A stretch of 64,000 nt of DNA, taken from the NCBI GenBank assembly GCA_973895155.1, contig OZ316897.1:7244470-7308469 (forward strand). Direction: 5' to 3'. Source of the stretch: Marsupella aquatica (taxonomy: Eukaryota; Plantae; Marchantiophyta). Within the stretch, counting starts at the first letter, position 1. Every line of letters begins with the position of its first letter. Made by a program: the position numbers and the translations under genes. Positions 13,068 through 32,146 of the stretch are shown here, piece after piece. The notes beneath the pieces are model-generated. The model saw only the letters and a program-made list of their open reading frames with translations. It made no database searches and was not told the origin of the DNA.

Positions 13068-14924
13068 TTACGCCTCAATATTCAGCAGGTCAGAGGGGGC
13101 AGCATTCCCACCAACCACCCCCACCGCACCACCCGTAAGGATAGGCGGGGGATCCCGTTTAGCAATAGGCTGCACCTCCACCACAGGGACAGGGAGCGCA
13201 GCACTGGAGCGATTTTGCTCCTGAGTCAGCTTCCGTCCTGGAGTCACCCAGCCCTCAGCATCCTGCATAGTAGAATCAGGGGAGAAAAGTAAGGATCGTT
13301 GATTCTTGGCTTTCTTTTTGCCTTTATCCTTCTTTTTCTCCTTAGGTGGGGATCTGCGTGCCAGTTTCCGAGCTCGGTGTTTCTTTTGAGCAGAGCGGGA
13401 TATAAATCCCTCATATTCGGATAGCTCCATATCAGAAGGAATTTCAGAGCCAGAGGGGTCGTCCACCATTTCCTCAGATCCCTCCCCAATAGCAACCAGT
13501 TGAGTTCCTTCGGCAGGCGAAGGTGCCAAAGGGGGTTCAAGTTCCCTAGACGACATCAGAGTAGTCTCAGGTGCTGCCAACAGAAGCTTAGGCTCGTCAT
13601 TCATAGCCTATAGATCTTGAAAAATCCTAGGAACCTCGTTCTCCATAGAAACAGAGTTAACCAGAGGGTTTTGGGGACCCAATTCAGCAGATTCATCCAC
13701 CGCCGATGCAATCACAACTGGCCAGGAATCAATAGCCAGCACCGGTGCAGTGTCAAATAAAGAGCTCCCTCCAGGATCATGCTCAGCAGCAGTCGTAGTT
13801 CCAAGGATGCCCTCGAGAGGAGAAGGAGCCGCCATGGTTTCAGACTCAAGAGGGGCAGGCATGTCAACAACAGTAACAATTTCCGCAGGGATAACCTCAC
13901 CCTGATCAGTATTAAGAGGAGGAGTGACCAGGGGGGCCTCATGTGCCTGCTCCTCGTGTGATCAACAATCCCTGGCCAAGTGGCCTTTGCGAATACAGAT
14001 AAAATAGTGGAAGGGTATATTTTTGAAAATGATTGGTTGCCAGATGGAGAGATCAGCCTGAATTTGGACTTCAACACTGCGCGGGACCTCCCGCTGAGTG
14101 TCCCAGAGTATACAAACACGATCATGGGGGTAGGAGCTTAAATCATCACCCTGAATATAATGCAAAATATCTCCCAGAGAAGCAACCAGCTTCCGACGAC
14201 AGGGTTCCAATAGCAGTGCGTGAAAAGGGATTTCAATCCAAACAGGTAAGAGAGTGTAGGACTCATTCATGATATCAAAGGATGGGTCCCAGGGGAAGGT
14301 AAAAACATACTTCCGTTCCAGAAACCAGGGTGCCTCTACCAAAGCCAGGTCCCAGTGCTCAGGATTTTTGAAGGCCACCATGTAGAAGCTCTTCCCCACG
14401 AATTTCACTTGTGTTACTGGCCACTTCCTTTCATTAACAAAAGTCTTCTCCACCCAAAATTTAAACGTCGGAAGCATAGGTGCACGATCAGTGAAATAAC
14501 ACATCATTGAGCAGTTGAATAGCCCCCGAACAGTCTCAGCCGCCTCTTCAAGGGACCAAGTAATTGTAGTGTGAAGCTGGGAGGGCCAATTTTGTATCGT
14601 GAGATCTGAGATCCTTCTTAAAAGCGGAATGCAAGCCTCAGCTTCCTCCGCCCTTGCCTCAGCTGAGGATTGCGCGCCCTCTCCCGTTGCACCCAAAGTT
14701 GGAGGACCAGCTGAGTGAAATTGGCTGCGATCACTGCGATCCTGCTCAGACACTCCGTCCACATTCATGTCTTCCCTACCAAATCGTTCACCAATGTCAT
14801 CTTGAAAGGTTTCACTGTAGGAGGGCTGCTCACGGCCTTCCAAAACATCCATAGAAACAGTGTCAAGGGCACGATGAGCTTCCCATCTTGCGAATCCATC
14901 AACATTATCACCAGAAGGTTTCAA
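13068..14924 (-). pseudogene. LINE ORF1 (DUF4283-like region + zinc knuckle)
   Basis: PWFLERKYVFTFPWDP, LPVWIEIP, RVCI and a degenerate knuckle xFICIRKGHLARDC; broken by stops. Confidence 0.8.
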
Positions 14925-17846
14925 ACCAAACCAACTCTACAATGGTTGATCAGAGGGAAGAGCAATGATTGCCTCCCTATCAAGTGGACATTGGTTTCTT
15001 ATCAAATCGGATCGGGCATCTTGCCCCGAAAAATTGCTGACATAACCATCCCTGCTAGGAGCAAAAGACTCGCGCTCGCGAGGGCCACCAGAATCCACAT
15101 GATGCCAATGGCCAGCACCTCCTTCCACATCCCTCCGTGCTGCATCCCTTTGTGCAGCCCCGTCGCGTAGAAAGGCAGGTCCCGCCATGAGAGCCCCGCA
15201 TCCTCTGTGTCCCGAAGTGTTCCTCCAATATATCGACATAGATATCAAGTTGATCGAGACAAAATAGAAGAAAGGTAAATGGCAGGGGGCACCAGTCCAG
15301 CACCCGGGATACAATGAGCACGCACCTCAAAGACGAAGCAGGCGATTCCCAGTCACCAATGCATGAACTTTGTGAAAGGGAGACCTGAATTAGTAGCGCA
15401 AGATATGGACAGTATCTCACCTAGAATCCTGGTCACCATAAAGGAGAATGTCCACCAGCACGAGACCAGCACCCAGATCCCCAAAGGAGGTCTAGGGAGT
15501 CACCAGCAAGCCAATTTTGCAAGAATCACCGAGTGAGCCGTAGGGATGGTAGAGTCACCCCAAGAATTGGAGGCAGAAAGTGAGAAGCCGCAAGAGCAGC
15601 GCCTCAAGGAATATGCAACATAAACCAGTACTAGTGATCGCATGCAATGCAGTACACCAGTGTGGCAGTGTCCGCACTACCCAATCAAAGATGTCGTAAC
15701 GTTGTTTGAACGCCAGTAAAGATGAAAGCACTTTCAGCATAAAGGCCAGAGAGATTAGCCCCGTGACTCCTTCCGATTGTGATGCAATTTCACCCTACCC
15801 AGAGAAACAGCCCACAGCACGAGCACGGTCGGACTTCTTGTCTGCTCCCAGATGCATTCCCGTCATTCAGATGTTAGAATCCTTGGGAAAAAGCTTGAAT
15901 CTACAGCGTCAGCTTCCGTCGCGCGTCAGAGTAAGCGAAGTTTAGATAGCTTGTCCGTGGACCATCATCCTGATGGTCAAATCCATTCAAAGTCGTCTTA
16001 ATCCGTAGTAATCCTTGCCATTATCACGATAATCATCACAAACATAACACAATCCACAAAGATCGAACGCCTCACCCTCCGGAACACCAAAAACCCCAAA
16101 CCCTAGTTCTCACAGCTCCGTCAGTTCTCCCAGTTCTCTCAGCTTGGGAGGTAAACAGCCATGACCTTATGGGGGGGTCGCGCAACACATTCTGATACTT
16201 AGAACTCCTCCTTCGAATCCAGTTATCGATTTGTCTGAAAGTGTCTCTCCAGTTTCCCATCATGTCACTCAATCTTCCGAAGTTCCAGAAAGTGCTCCGA
16301 ACACCACTCCATTCATTCCTGTAGACACTTCGCTTTTTGAAGTGGACGTTGTACCCGGGTCTTGGCATCTGCGGAGAGTTTCCAGACACGGTGCTGGACC
16401 ATAGTGTAATGGGACGTTGTATAGAAGTTGTGATCGAGATGAGTGTCATAATCGAATTAAGAAGGTCGGATATCCTTCAAATGCAGGGGTTATCGGAATA
16501 GTCGTCAAAGGTTACCGCTTATTCAGAGGTGAACACCATCCAGAGCTTGTCTGGTTCTTCCTCACTCGTGATTGCTGGAAGAGCCACCCTCATCAAGGTA
16601 TTGTGAACCTCCCTACTTGCCCAGACTTTTTGCCAATACAGAAAGGCACTCATCTTTCAAGTCTGGAGTTGAATTTCCTTCAAGAGCAGGGCATTGAAGT
16701 CTTGAGAGGAGGTGTTGTTTCACGTTGTCCTTCTCCATTTGAACTGAGAATCAACATTGACGTTTTTCCTGAAAAGATCGATCTTGCACAAGTTAACATC
16801 CATTTTCGAACGAGAAACGGGCGTGCAATGAGCTCCGGATCAAATCTCACTTAGGGATATCATAAAAGGATTGAATCAGCAACGAAAGAAACAATGACTT
16901 TGATCAAAACTATGGAAGTTTCATCTGGAAATTCTTACGGGAATCGATTCCAGATACGCACACATGCACATTTACAAACTGCAAATACTTACTGGGAGCA
17001 GATTTGCATTTTTCCTTGTTGCTCTTGTGAAGATTTCTTTTGTCGACATTCTTGAGGGAAACCTTTCATGCCATGTAAACACTTGTACTGGGTTTACAAA
17101 GTTATCTGCAAGCTTGATCCTATGGACAATATCCTCCCAAGCCAACCGATTCTTACCATTGCGGAACTGCGTTATATTCTAGGGAGGCAGAATGCTGATG
17201 GTTTATAGTAAGGCTTAGTATTCTAGTTTACGTTCAACGGGTATGTAGGACTTGTCATTTCGTAATGGTAACTTTGTTTTGGTTAGCGCCCGGCGCTAGT
17301 AAACAACATTTGGTTTCTTTTCAACACGGCTCAATCTTTTGTGGGTTGCACATAAAACTTAATTTGTTTTTACAATTTTACGGATGTGTAAATTTCATTG
17401 TACGGGTAACTGAGATTTGTTTGTATTCAATCGTCACTTGGCCTTCAAATTTTGTTAGCGCCGGCGCTAGACTCCATTTCCTTACTTGGTTGCAGTTTGT
17501 AGTTTCTAGGTCTGAACGTGTGGATTTCTTTCGTGTGCATTCTCGAGGATGACCTTTTCTTGCCTTATAAACCATTATCCTCTGATCATTCCGGTAGATG
17601 GTGAGCAGGTATTTTGTTAATGATATTTTGTAACGGTATCAAACGCTTGGTTAGGACTAAGCGCTAGTAAAGGTGTCTTCCGATAATTGTCGTTTTCCCC
17701 ATCTTTTTGAGTTTATGTTGAATTTGACCTCTTTGGTTTGGTCCAAAATTAAGCCATTTTTTGTGAATGATAGTCTTACCAAGTCTCCTATTTTGTTCAA
17801 CTATTTTTCCTGTTATGATCATCACTGTTTCCTGTTTCCTGTTTCC

Positions 17847-18660
17847 TGTCACGGAGGTCGGGCCCCTTAGCTACTGCCACCCCGGTCAGTGCCCCTTGCC
17901 ACTGACGGTCAACCGGTCAGAAGAAGTGCGGCCGGTTAGTCAACAGATAGTTAGTCAGTAGGCATTACCCCGCGAGGTAGTATCTTCTGGCTCCTTTCCG
18001 CAAACGTAGTATTTAGGCTTCCCCTTCCGCTGTGGGAAGGGGGAGAAGACTTAGTTCACCTTAGCGCTAGAAAAGGCGAGGCACGGGGAGTCCCAGCCTG
18101 AGCAAGGTCAGAGTGCACTAAGGAGTGAGAGCCAGAGTCGAGCTTGCTGGCAAGCGCGGGACAGGGCCTCGTAGAGACTGGGCATCGACTACCGTTAGGC
18201 CTGTTGACCCCTTAGAAGTCGAGTAACTATGTAAACTGATTCTTCGCTGAGTAAAATGTAGTCTTTTCCCTCTGATTCTATCGCAAGTAACTGGTGTTGT
18301 GTGCATGCTTTGTTTGGGCAAAGGCGCCATTTGAAGGGACGTACCGGGTGCAAACTAATGGTAGGGATTGCCTCGAGTTGCATGTCGCAAGGTTCTGAGT
18401 CGCGTTGATGGCTTGAAAGCCCCAAGCCGGGAGTTAGTCTGAGTCACTAACTGTGGGAATATTCCAGCGGTGGAAAACAAATATACCTATGACCCGTACG
18501 AGTTACGTAAGAATTATACCGGCAAGTATATCAAGTTAGCCCGACTTAGGGCTAATCGGGACCACTACACACGTCCTTGCCCAAACCCTCACCCCTACTG
18601 GTGGTCGTGGTCACCCCAGGGAACTAACTTGGATTTAAGGCCCGGGTTATGGGCGCGACA
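17847..18660. mobile_element. Solo LTR (814 bp, probably Gypsy-type) without matching TSD
   Basis: Begins TGTCACG and ends CGCGACA (terminal inverted repeat); flanks TTTCC and ATTAA differ; GC-richer than the flanks. Confidence 0.6.
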
Positions 18661-20381
18661 ATTAATAAAATGACACACATACCATATCCAGGGGGAGCAT
18701 AAGACAAAGCAAAACCCATCCACATACACATCTCTACCTTATACCACAAAAAGACCCCAGGAAGGGAAAACGGGGCATGGTGGACCTATAGTCCATCAAA
18801 CATCATGGAGTGGACCTATTGTCCTTCAAAAGAGCGGACCTATTGTCCCTCCAATACATAAATTCATGCCTCTGGCCAAGGATGGATATGCTGTCCAGAT
18901 CATGAGATCTTTATACGGACTAAAGCAAAGCGAAAGAATGTGGTATCAGAGATTTAGAGATGAAATGTTGAATATGGGTTTTACTAACGAAGACATTCTC
19001 CTTGTTTATTCATTAAAAAACATGATGAGGAATTTTTGATAATCGCCATCTACGTAGATGACATAAACCTATTTGGACACCTAAACTTATTACAAAACAC
19101 CATCAAGATACTAAACCGCGTATTTGAGATGAAAGACTCTGGCCAAACCCACTACTGTTTGGGCCTACAGTTCGAACACCTACCTGATGGCATATTCCTA
19201 CACCAGAGCACTTACACTACAAAAATCCTCAAACAATTCAACATGGACAAGGCGCATCCTCTAACTTCTCCTATGGAAGTACGATCTCTAGACAGAGACA
19301 AGGATGCATTCAAGAAGAGAAATGAAAACTAACCACTACTCGGTCCTGAAAACCATACTTATCAGCAATAGGAGCACTCATGTTCCTAGCTAACCAGACA
19401 CGACCAGACATTTCCTTTGCAGTAAACCTACTAGCCAGACACAGTGCACAACCTACCATACGACACTGGAATGGCATAAAAAAAATAATGCGTTACCTTC
19501 AAGGAACTATTGATATGAGACTATATTTCCCTAATAACACTAATAAGACATTAATAGGCTATGCAGACGCTGGGTATTTATTAGACCCAGATGATGCTAA
19601 ATCACAGACTGGCTACATATTTTTATATGGTGATACAACCATTTCCTGGAAAAGCACTAAACAAACACTGACATGCACTTCATCTAACCACTATGAGATT
19701 ATTGCATTATATGAAACTAGTAGAGAGTGTATATGGCTAAGAAGAGTAACCGACCATATTAATACAAATTGCAGCTTACCAACACTAACAGAGCCTACTA
19801 CACTATTCGAAGACAATCAAGCATGTGTTGAATAGGTCTTGAAAGGATTCATCAAAGGAGACCACATCAAACATATCGCACCAAAATTCTTCTTCACCCA
19901 CGAATAACAAGGAGACACCATTCAAGTGAAGACAATTACTAGCAAAGACAACCATGTAGATTTATTCACAAAAGCCTTGACTCCAACACTACATGCTATT
20001 CATTGTCAAGGCATAGGGTTACCCAAACTATCAAGTACTATTAAAAATAATATTTATCTCTAGATAGTCATAAACTATTGTACTCTTATTTGTAAAGGTG
20101 GTTGTATTTTTTCCCTGGGAGGAGTATGAGAGTGTTTTAATGAGGCAACAACTACATAAGACCAAAGTACAAAATATGAAACTTTTGTTGGAGTACTTAA
20201 CTAGGATAGAGTTGCTTGCATTACTCCCATAATACAATCAAGGGGGACTATTAGAACTTAACAGTTAAGTCACCGGGGTTACTTACCTAACCCCAGTTAG
20301 GAACCATGTAACCCCTCTTACCATATACATAAACTTCGTCACCCGAGGGAGAAAGGGACATTCAGTGGGAGAGTTCTAATC
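18661..20381 (+). mobile_element. 3' fragment of a Bianca-like Ty1/Copia element (RT end, RNase H, PPT, short 3' LTR)
   Basis: SLYGLKQ, IYVDD, TRPDISFAVNLL, GYADA, WKS; PPT AAGGGGGAC then a putative LTR from 20249 (TATTAGAAC...GTTCTAAT); LTR end uncertain. Confidence 0.85.
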
Positions 20382-20542
20382 GAATCACAGGTAACTTTGT
20401 TCAGCCTTTGTGACCTACTGACCTACCCGCTAGAGTAGGTCACGGCGGGCCTGGTAAATCTGAATTTCCAAGGAAAAAACCAACCTCGCTGCCGGCCACC
20501 CATCCTGTCCTGCCAAGCGAATCAGCCATATTGTGCGCGCTG

Positions 20543-20721
20543 GTGAGACTTTTGGTCTGATTAATGTTATTACATCATCACACACCGGCGGCGTTCACTA
20601 AGCCAATGACGTGAAGCAACTCTCCCGATGGTCTGCGCTTACTGGATAAACGAGCCCGGCGTGAGACTTTTGGTCTGAATAATGTTACATCATCACACAC
20701 GGGCGGGTTGCACTAACCAAT
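20543..20721 (+). repeat. Imperfect ~65-bp direct repeat with CCAAT boxes in the PFP promoter
   Basis: GTGAGACTTTTGGTCTGA-TAATGTTA...CATCATCACACAC...CCAAT at ~20543 and ~20661. Confidence 0.75.
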
Positions 20722-20925
20722 AATCGCGTCATGAAAGCCTCCGGATGCTCCGCTCCGAGTCGACAAACGATACAGTAATAAACAAGGTCCTGATGCCGTG
20801 ATAGGACTGAACTGTTCTGCGGAGGTCGAGAGAGGAGAGCTACGGCTGAACTACAGCCTCGAAGCGAGGTGGTGGTGGGTCGTGTGTGCGAAATCAACGG
20901 AAATCAGTTGAAAATCAAGCGAACA

Positions 20926-28145
<7,220 letters not shown>

Positions 28146-28610
28146 TTCCAAGTGGTGGTAAAGAATTTCTCAATGAAGTGGAGAACGAATTGGCTCAAGA
28201 GAAGGGTGCAATAAGTCAATTAAGGTTTATTACAGGAGTTGATTACACGCTGCCCCGTATTGGTATTGCGCAAGCAGGGAACTGCTGTTTGACATGCACG
28301 CCAGCGGATTCCACACATGGGAACCAACAATTAATGGGGCCAGCCTTGTAAAAGTTGGAACTCTAAACGATACGAATGTTAAACTAGAATGTACTTACGA
28401 ATACATACAATGACAAGACGGGGTGCCTTTCTGGGGTGGACTTCAAAAGTGCAAGGAATCTTTGACCTCGCGCCCTGTAGGGTAAAGAAGTTGATTTCTT
28501 CAAGGTGAAGATGGCAACTGTGTTTATACCCATGATCACTGTCCCATGTACTATAGGAAGAGAGAGCTATGTCTAGAAAGCGATACTGGTGTTCCGCTAC
28601 AATCTCCCCC

Positions 28611-28708
28611 AACTTGACATTTTATTCTCGCGCTTTATTTTTGGCTTTGGCAGTTCACTAAAACTTGACATTTTATTCTCGCGCTTTATTTTTTGGCTTT
28701 GGCAGTTC
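28611..28708 (+). repeat. ~52-bp tandem duplication between convergent gene 3' ends
   Basis: AACTTGACATTTTATTCTCGCGCTTTATTTTTGGCTTTGGCAGTTC occurs twice. Confidence 0.85.
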
Positions 28709-28969
28709 CTTAAACGAGGGTGATAAACAATTGGTGCAAATGAAAACTAATGTCCCCTTGTTATCAACTAGATTAAAAAATTACAACGGTAGAGCCTAAA
28801 CTCACTGCATCACAAAACTGGACTCCCCCGCTTTCAAGTATCATATAAATAAAAAATGGATGAAATGGACGTTGCATCTTGTTAAAAAACCCATTTTCTG
28901 CTCGTTAAGTTTGGGTTTCTCAAAAGGACCCAATTGGTCATGGCAATTATATACGGCGTGGAATGACAG

Positions 28970-31900
28970 TCAAAAGAGGACGGATTTCCTAGAGCTGGGG
29001 AGCTCTTTAAGCACACTCCTTAGGCCGTAATAATAACTCTCACACCTATGGTCGGAAAACATGTTAGAAGTCACCACTATTCTCCCAAAATAGGAGCCTG
29101 CAACCCCCTTCCACAAGGAATATCTGCCGCCATCTACATTTCTGTTAAGCTCCGGTGTTTTGATCTGTCGGGTACATATGTGATACAGGGCACCTGGTGC
29201 AACAAGGTCAGGTAGATCTTTGGGAGGCTTTACAGTCTTCACCAACTCCTGCTTCTGTCTTTCAAGATCCCCACTTGAAGACTCTTTTCCGTCGTCATTG
29301 CCTGTGCGGAACCCAATCATCAGAACATTCTTTGAAACTCCAAGACATAAATGGCCCTAAATGCAGGCCAATTAAATGTGCGTTCCCAGACTGTATTAGC
29401 TAAAGTTCGACGACTCCATGCTATATCCTCCCAGTCAATTATATTTGGTAATTAAGGCCAGCCTTCGTCACCAAGCAGTTCACTGTATTTACCACCATTG
29501 AGGCAGATTTCGAGAACCAGTGTATCTAAATTGAAACCATAAATCTCTTAGTACAGCGGCAAAAGAATGAGTTGAGGCTATCATTTATGGGCGAAAGACA
29601 CAAGTCTTGCGAGAAAGACAAGCCAGGAAGTCCACCTGATCCATTCAAGCTGATGGTGCGCCTAGCAAGTTCTTTATATTTACGGGCTGCTTCTTGAAAT
29701 GAAGTCAATGCTTGCATTGTACCGGCCACAAGATCCACCAAACCTTTCCGCTCAACTCCCTCCTTCAATACATCGTTCCTGAATATTCACAGCAAGAAAA
29801 TTGGACACCACTATTCTCTTGCACCACGTAACAGGTTACAAGCTTATGCGTGGTGTATGCCTGTAATTGTTAACGTAAATTTAGGCAGTTAACATTGTAA
29901 AAATGGTTTTCCAGTTAGCAAAAAGGAAAGTAATCTTGTACTTGTTGGACGGATGGATGATTGGAAATAGGTATAGAGATAATATGGTTCTGAAAGTGTT
30001 CTTACCAATCTGTACCGAGAATTTCATTACGGAGCCGAATCAATGCAGACATGCTCACTCGTGGTATGACGTCATCCTTCAATCAGTCGAACACAGCAGT
30101 GTAAAAGAAGTAGCTAACACTCGTCAGCTTCCACCAAAATCGGTGACGGCCAAAAGGAATAATTTGAAAGTAATACGGTACGGTTGCCTCTTCCAGAGAA
30201 GCGAGGCACTCCTATCTTACCTGCAAAACTAAGGTACTTGTAAACACTCTGCACCTCGAAGCAAGCACTTTCGAAACGCATGGTGGGGTTCCCATCCCGA
30301 CGACTCTGATTTTGTTTGGGCACACTCCAAGTAGTTTCTGAGAATCCTTTCTCAGCAGCAGCCCAAGTAACGCAGCAGCAGCCCCTCCAAGCGAGTGGCC
30401 CGTCAAGAGCAACGTAAATCCCTGGATCATTACACTTGTCATCCGTTTGGTCCTCACTGCAGCAAGATAGAATCAGTGATTTTACCTCCAGGCATGTGCC
30501 TCATGACAAGTCACCAGTAAAATCACTTCTAGAAGGTAAAACACGACAATCAATCTGGAGACAAATGCTTGCCAGATGTCAGGGACCCGTACATCGTTGT
30601 GCTTGACTGACCTCATTTTCTGTTAGGTATCTCCTTAACGTTTGGAGCTCAAAATGAAGGAACCAGCGTGCAGCCTCAACACTTCCATAATGCACAGGTT
30701 CTCCGTCAATGTTTTCTGCATGGTCACTATCAGACGATAAATCCGTAATGACATCATGAATTGTTTGGGTGCCTCTAATTGACAAAATCACCAACTTGTA
30801 GCGAGGATCAACTGCCACATAATAGGCAGGCCTCATTATACTTGCTCTGTTCACAAATTTTATGACATTTTCTTCTTGAAGCATGCTGATTCGAGCGAGC
30901 ATGGCTGCATCCTTCATGTATGCTCCCCATGCTAGCTCCAAATGATACATCCATTCTTCGACCTACACTTGGGGCACAAAAACCTGGATGAGAACTGCTT
31001 TCGTTGAATGCACAGCCTCCGAGTTTTATGAGCCACGCCAGGTGCAAAAAAGGTTCAATCTTCTTAGCTAATGAACTTCTCTGTTCACACTTGACAAGCC
31101 ATGAAGAAGCCCAGGAATCCCTATAGGTGCCTAGTCCAGTGTTTAAGCTAGGACTCACGAGCTCCAATTAACTTACTAAAAATAGTTCACAAATCAGTGT
31201 TCCGAACGCAAACTTGGATTAATTTAAAATGCAAGAAGGGCCCTTGGACGGTCGGCAACGTGACGCGTAGGTACTCTTCGAGGATTCACTAATCAACTTC
31301 AACTTTCTGAGCCTCTGAAAGGTGAGATTGAACACTTCATAAAGTCAGTTCCAAAATCCTGCAAGTGCAGAACACTTAACATTCTAACTCAAATTTAAAC
31401 ATAAGAGCAGCATTTTTGGTCCTTACCATTAAAGCTGATGTAACCTTTTCGCCATGGACTGTGTCGACAGACATTTCAGCTGTGTGCCGTAGTGAGAGTA
31501 GATAAAGGCCAAAGGTGATATCGCCAAGACTCCACTGGTGCATCCCAGCAGAGCTCTTCAGAAGACCAGTCACAATATCGACAAGCGATCTCCCACTTGC
31601 AGACCCGTCCCATTTTTCAGCCAATTCATCTGTCGATTCACGAGAAAATCTTGAGTCACTTTTACTCAAAATTGAACTTCACCTTGAAATATGGGTATAC
31701 AGGTTCCAGTTTATTCACTTACAATGTTCTCATACTATGCAGGTATAGAGAACAAAAATAACGGCAAGGGACGTTTACAGAACACGTTTTGCTACATCTA
31801 AGCCCTATAACCCCTGGCCATGCACAAAATCACAGACAACAGTAGCTGATGGCAGAGTGAGTTAGATGCCTAAGTGAGAGTCATGGGGTAGGGTGACAGA

Positions 31901-32146
31901 ATCAAATGGCATGCCTGGTGGCGGGGGTCCTTTGTACATGCTCAGGGCGGGCTCTACCATATTGCTGAGCCACGTCAGTTGATTTCTCCAATTCGGGCCC
32001 TCGTCGTCCCAATCGGGCCACCTTCCTCCTGAGATGTCTTGCTGACTGGAATCCACAAACATCACTTCATCGGAAGGTTTCTCTCCTGTACTGGCCTTTG
32101 CACCCCCATCGTCAGCACTTGGACCACTACGTGATACGGTGGACAT
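28970..32146 (-). CDS. Class-3 lipase (alpha/beta hydrolase, DAG-lipase-like), multi-exon
   Basis: LSIRGT lid motif, GHSLGG nucleophile motif (~30390-30405), LQDD-type acid motif, C-terminal MFSDHRC; spliceable exons. Start codon inferred. Confidence 0.9.

Larger units (their letters stand above)
8864..16185 (-). mobile_element. Full-length L1/Tx1-clade LINE (~7.3 kb), decayed
   Basis: TSD CACATTCCGATACTT (8849-8863) / CACATTCTGATACTT (16186-16200); poly(A) tail seen as a T run at ~8862-8871; ORF1 and ORF2 motifs present. Confidence 0.95.
6120..17208 (+). pseudogene. MULE-related DDE transposase with GCM/WRKY-like Zn finger and C-terminal SWIM finger, interrupted by a LINE
   Basis: Zn finger CSGSLECRNRAC...CRYC...C...GVHNHP. 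Catalytic-type residues SFD (7612), MADNA (7813), DAFH (C/DxxH, 7891) and GSEAVH (8426). Intron 8146-8377. The frame resumes at 16186 after the LINE is removed. SWIM CSC...CKH at 17020-17082; stop at 17206-17208. Several stops and frameshifts. Confidence 0.8.
596..17469. promoter_or_regulatory. Dispersed 15-bp palindrome TAGCGCCWGGCGCTA (~15 copies), non-coding positions only
   Basis: Copies start at 596, 1707, 1769, 2576, 4071, 5272, 5334, 5439, 5501, 5617, 5867, 8162, 8224, 17284 and 17456 (14-bp version), with a very degenerate one at 17652. Confidence 0.9.
1..17846. mobile_element. Large decayed Mutator(MULE)-related DNA transposon with divergent transposase and ParB-methyltransferase genes; termini not resolved
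   Basis: Divergent gene pair, both with stops and frameshifts. A shared 15-bp palindrome is dispersed from 596 to about 17666 and was not seen in full form elsewhere in the window. The left end probably lies outside the window; the right side abuts a solo LTR. Confidence 0.7.
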
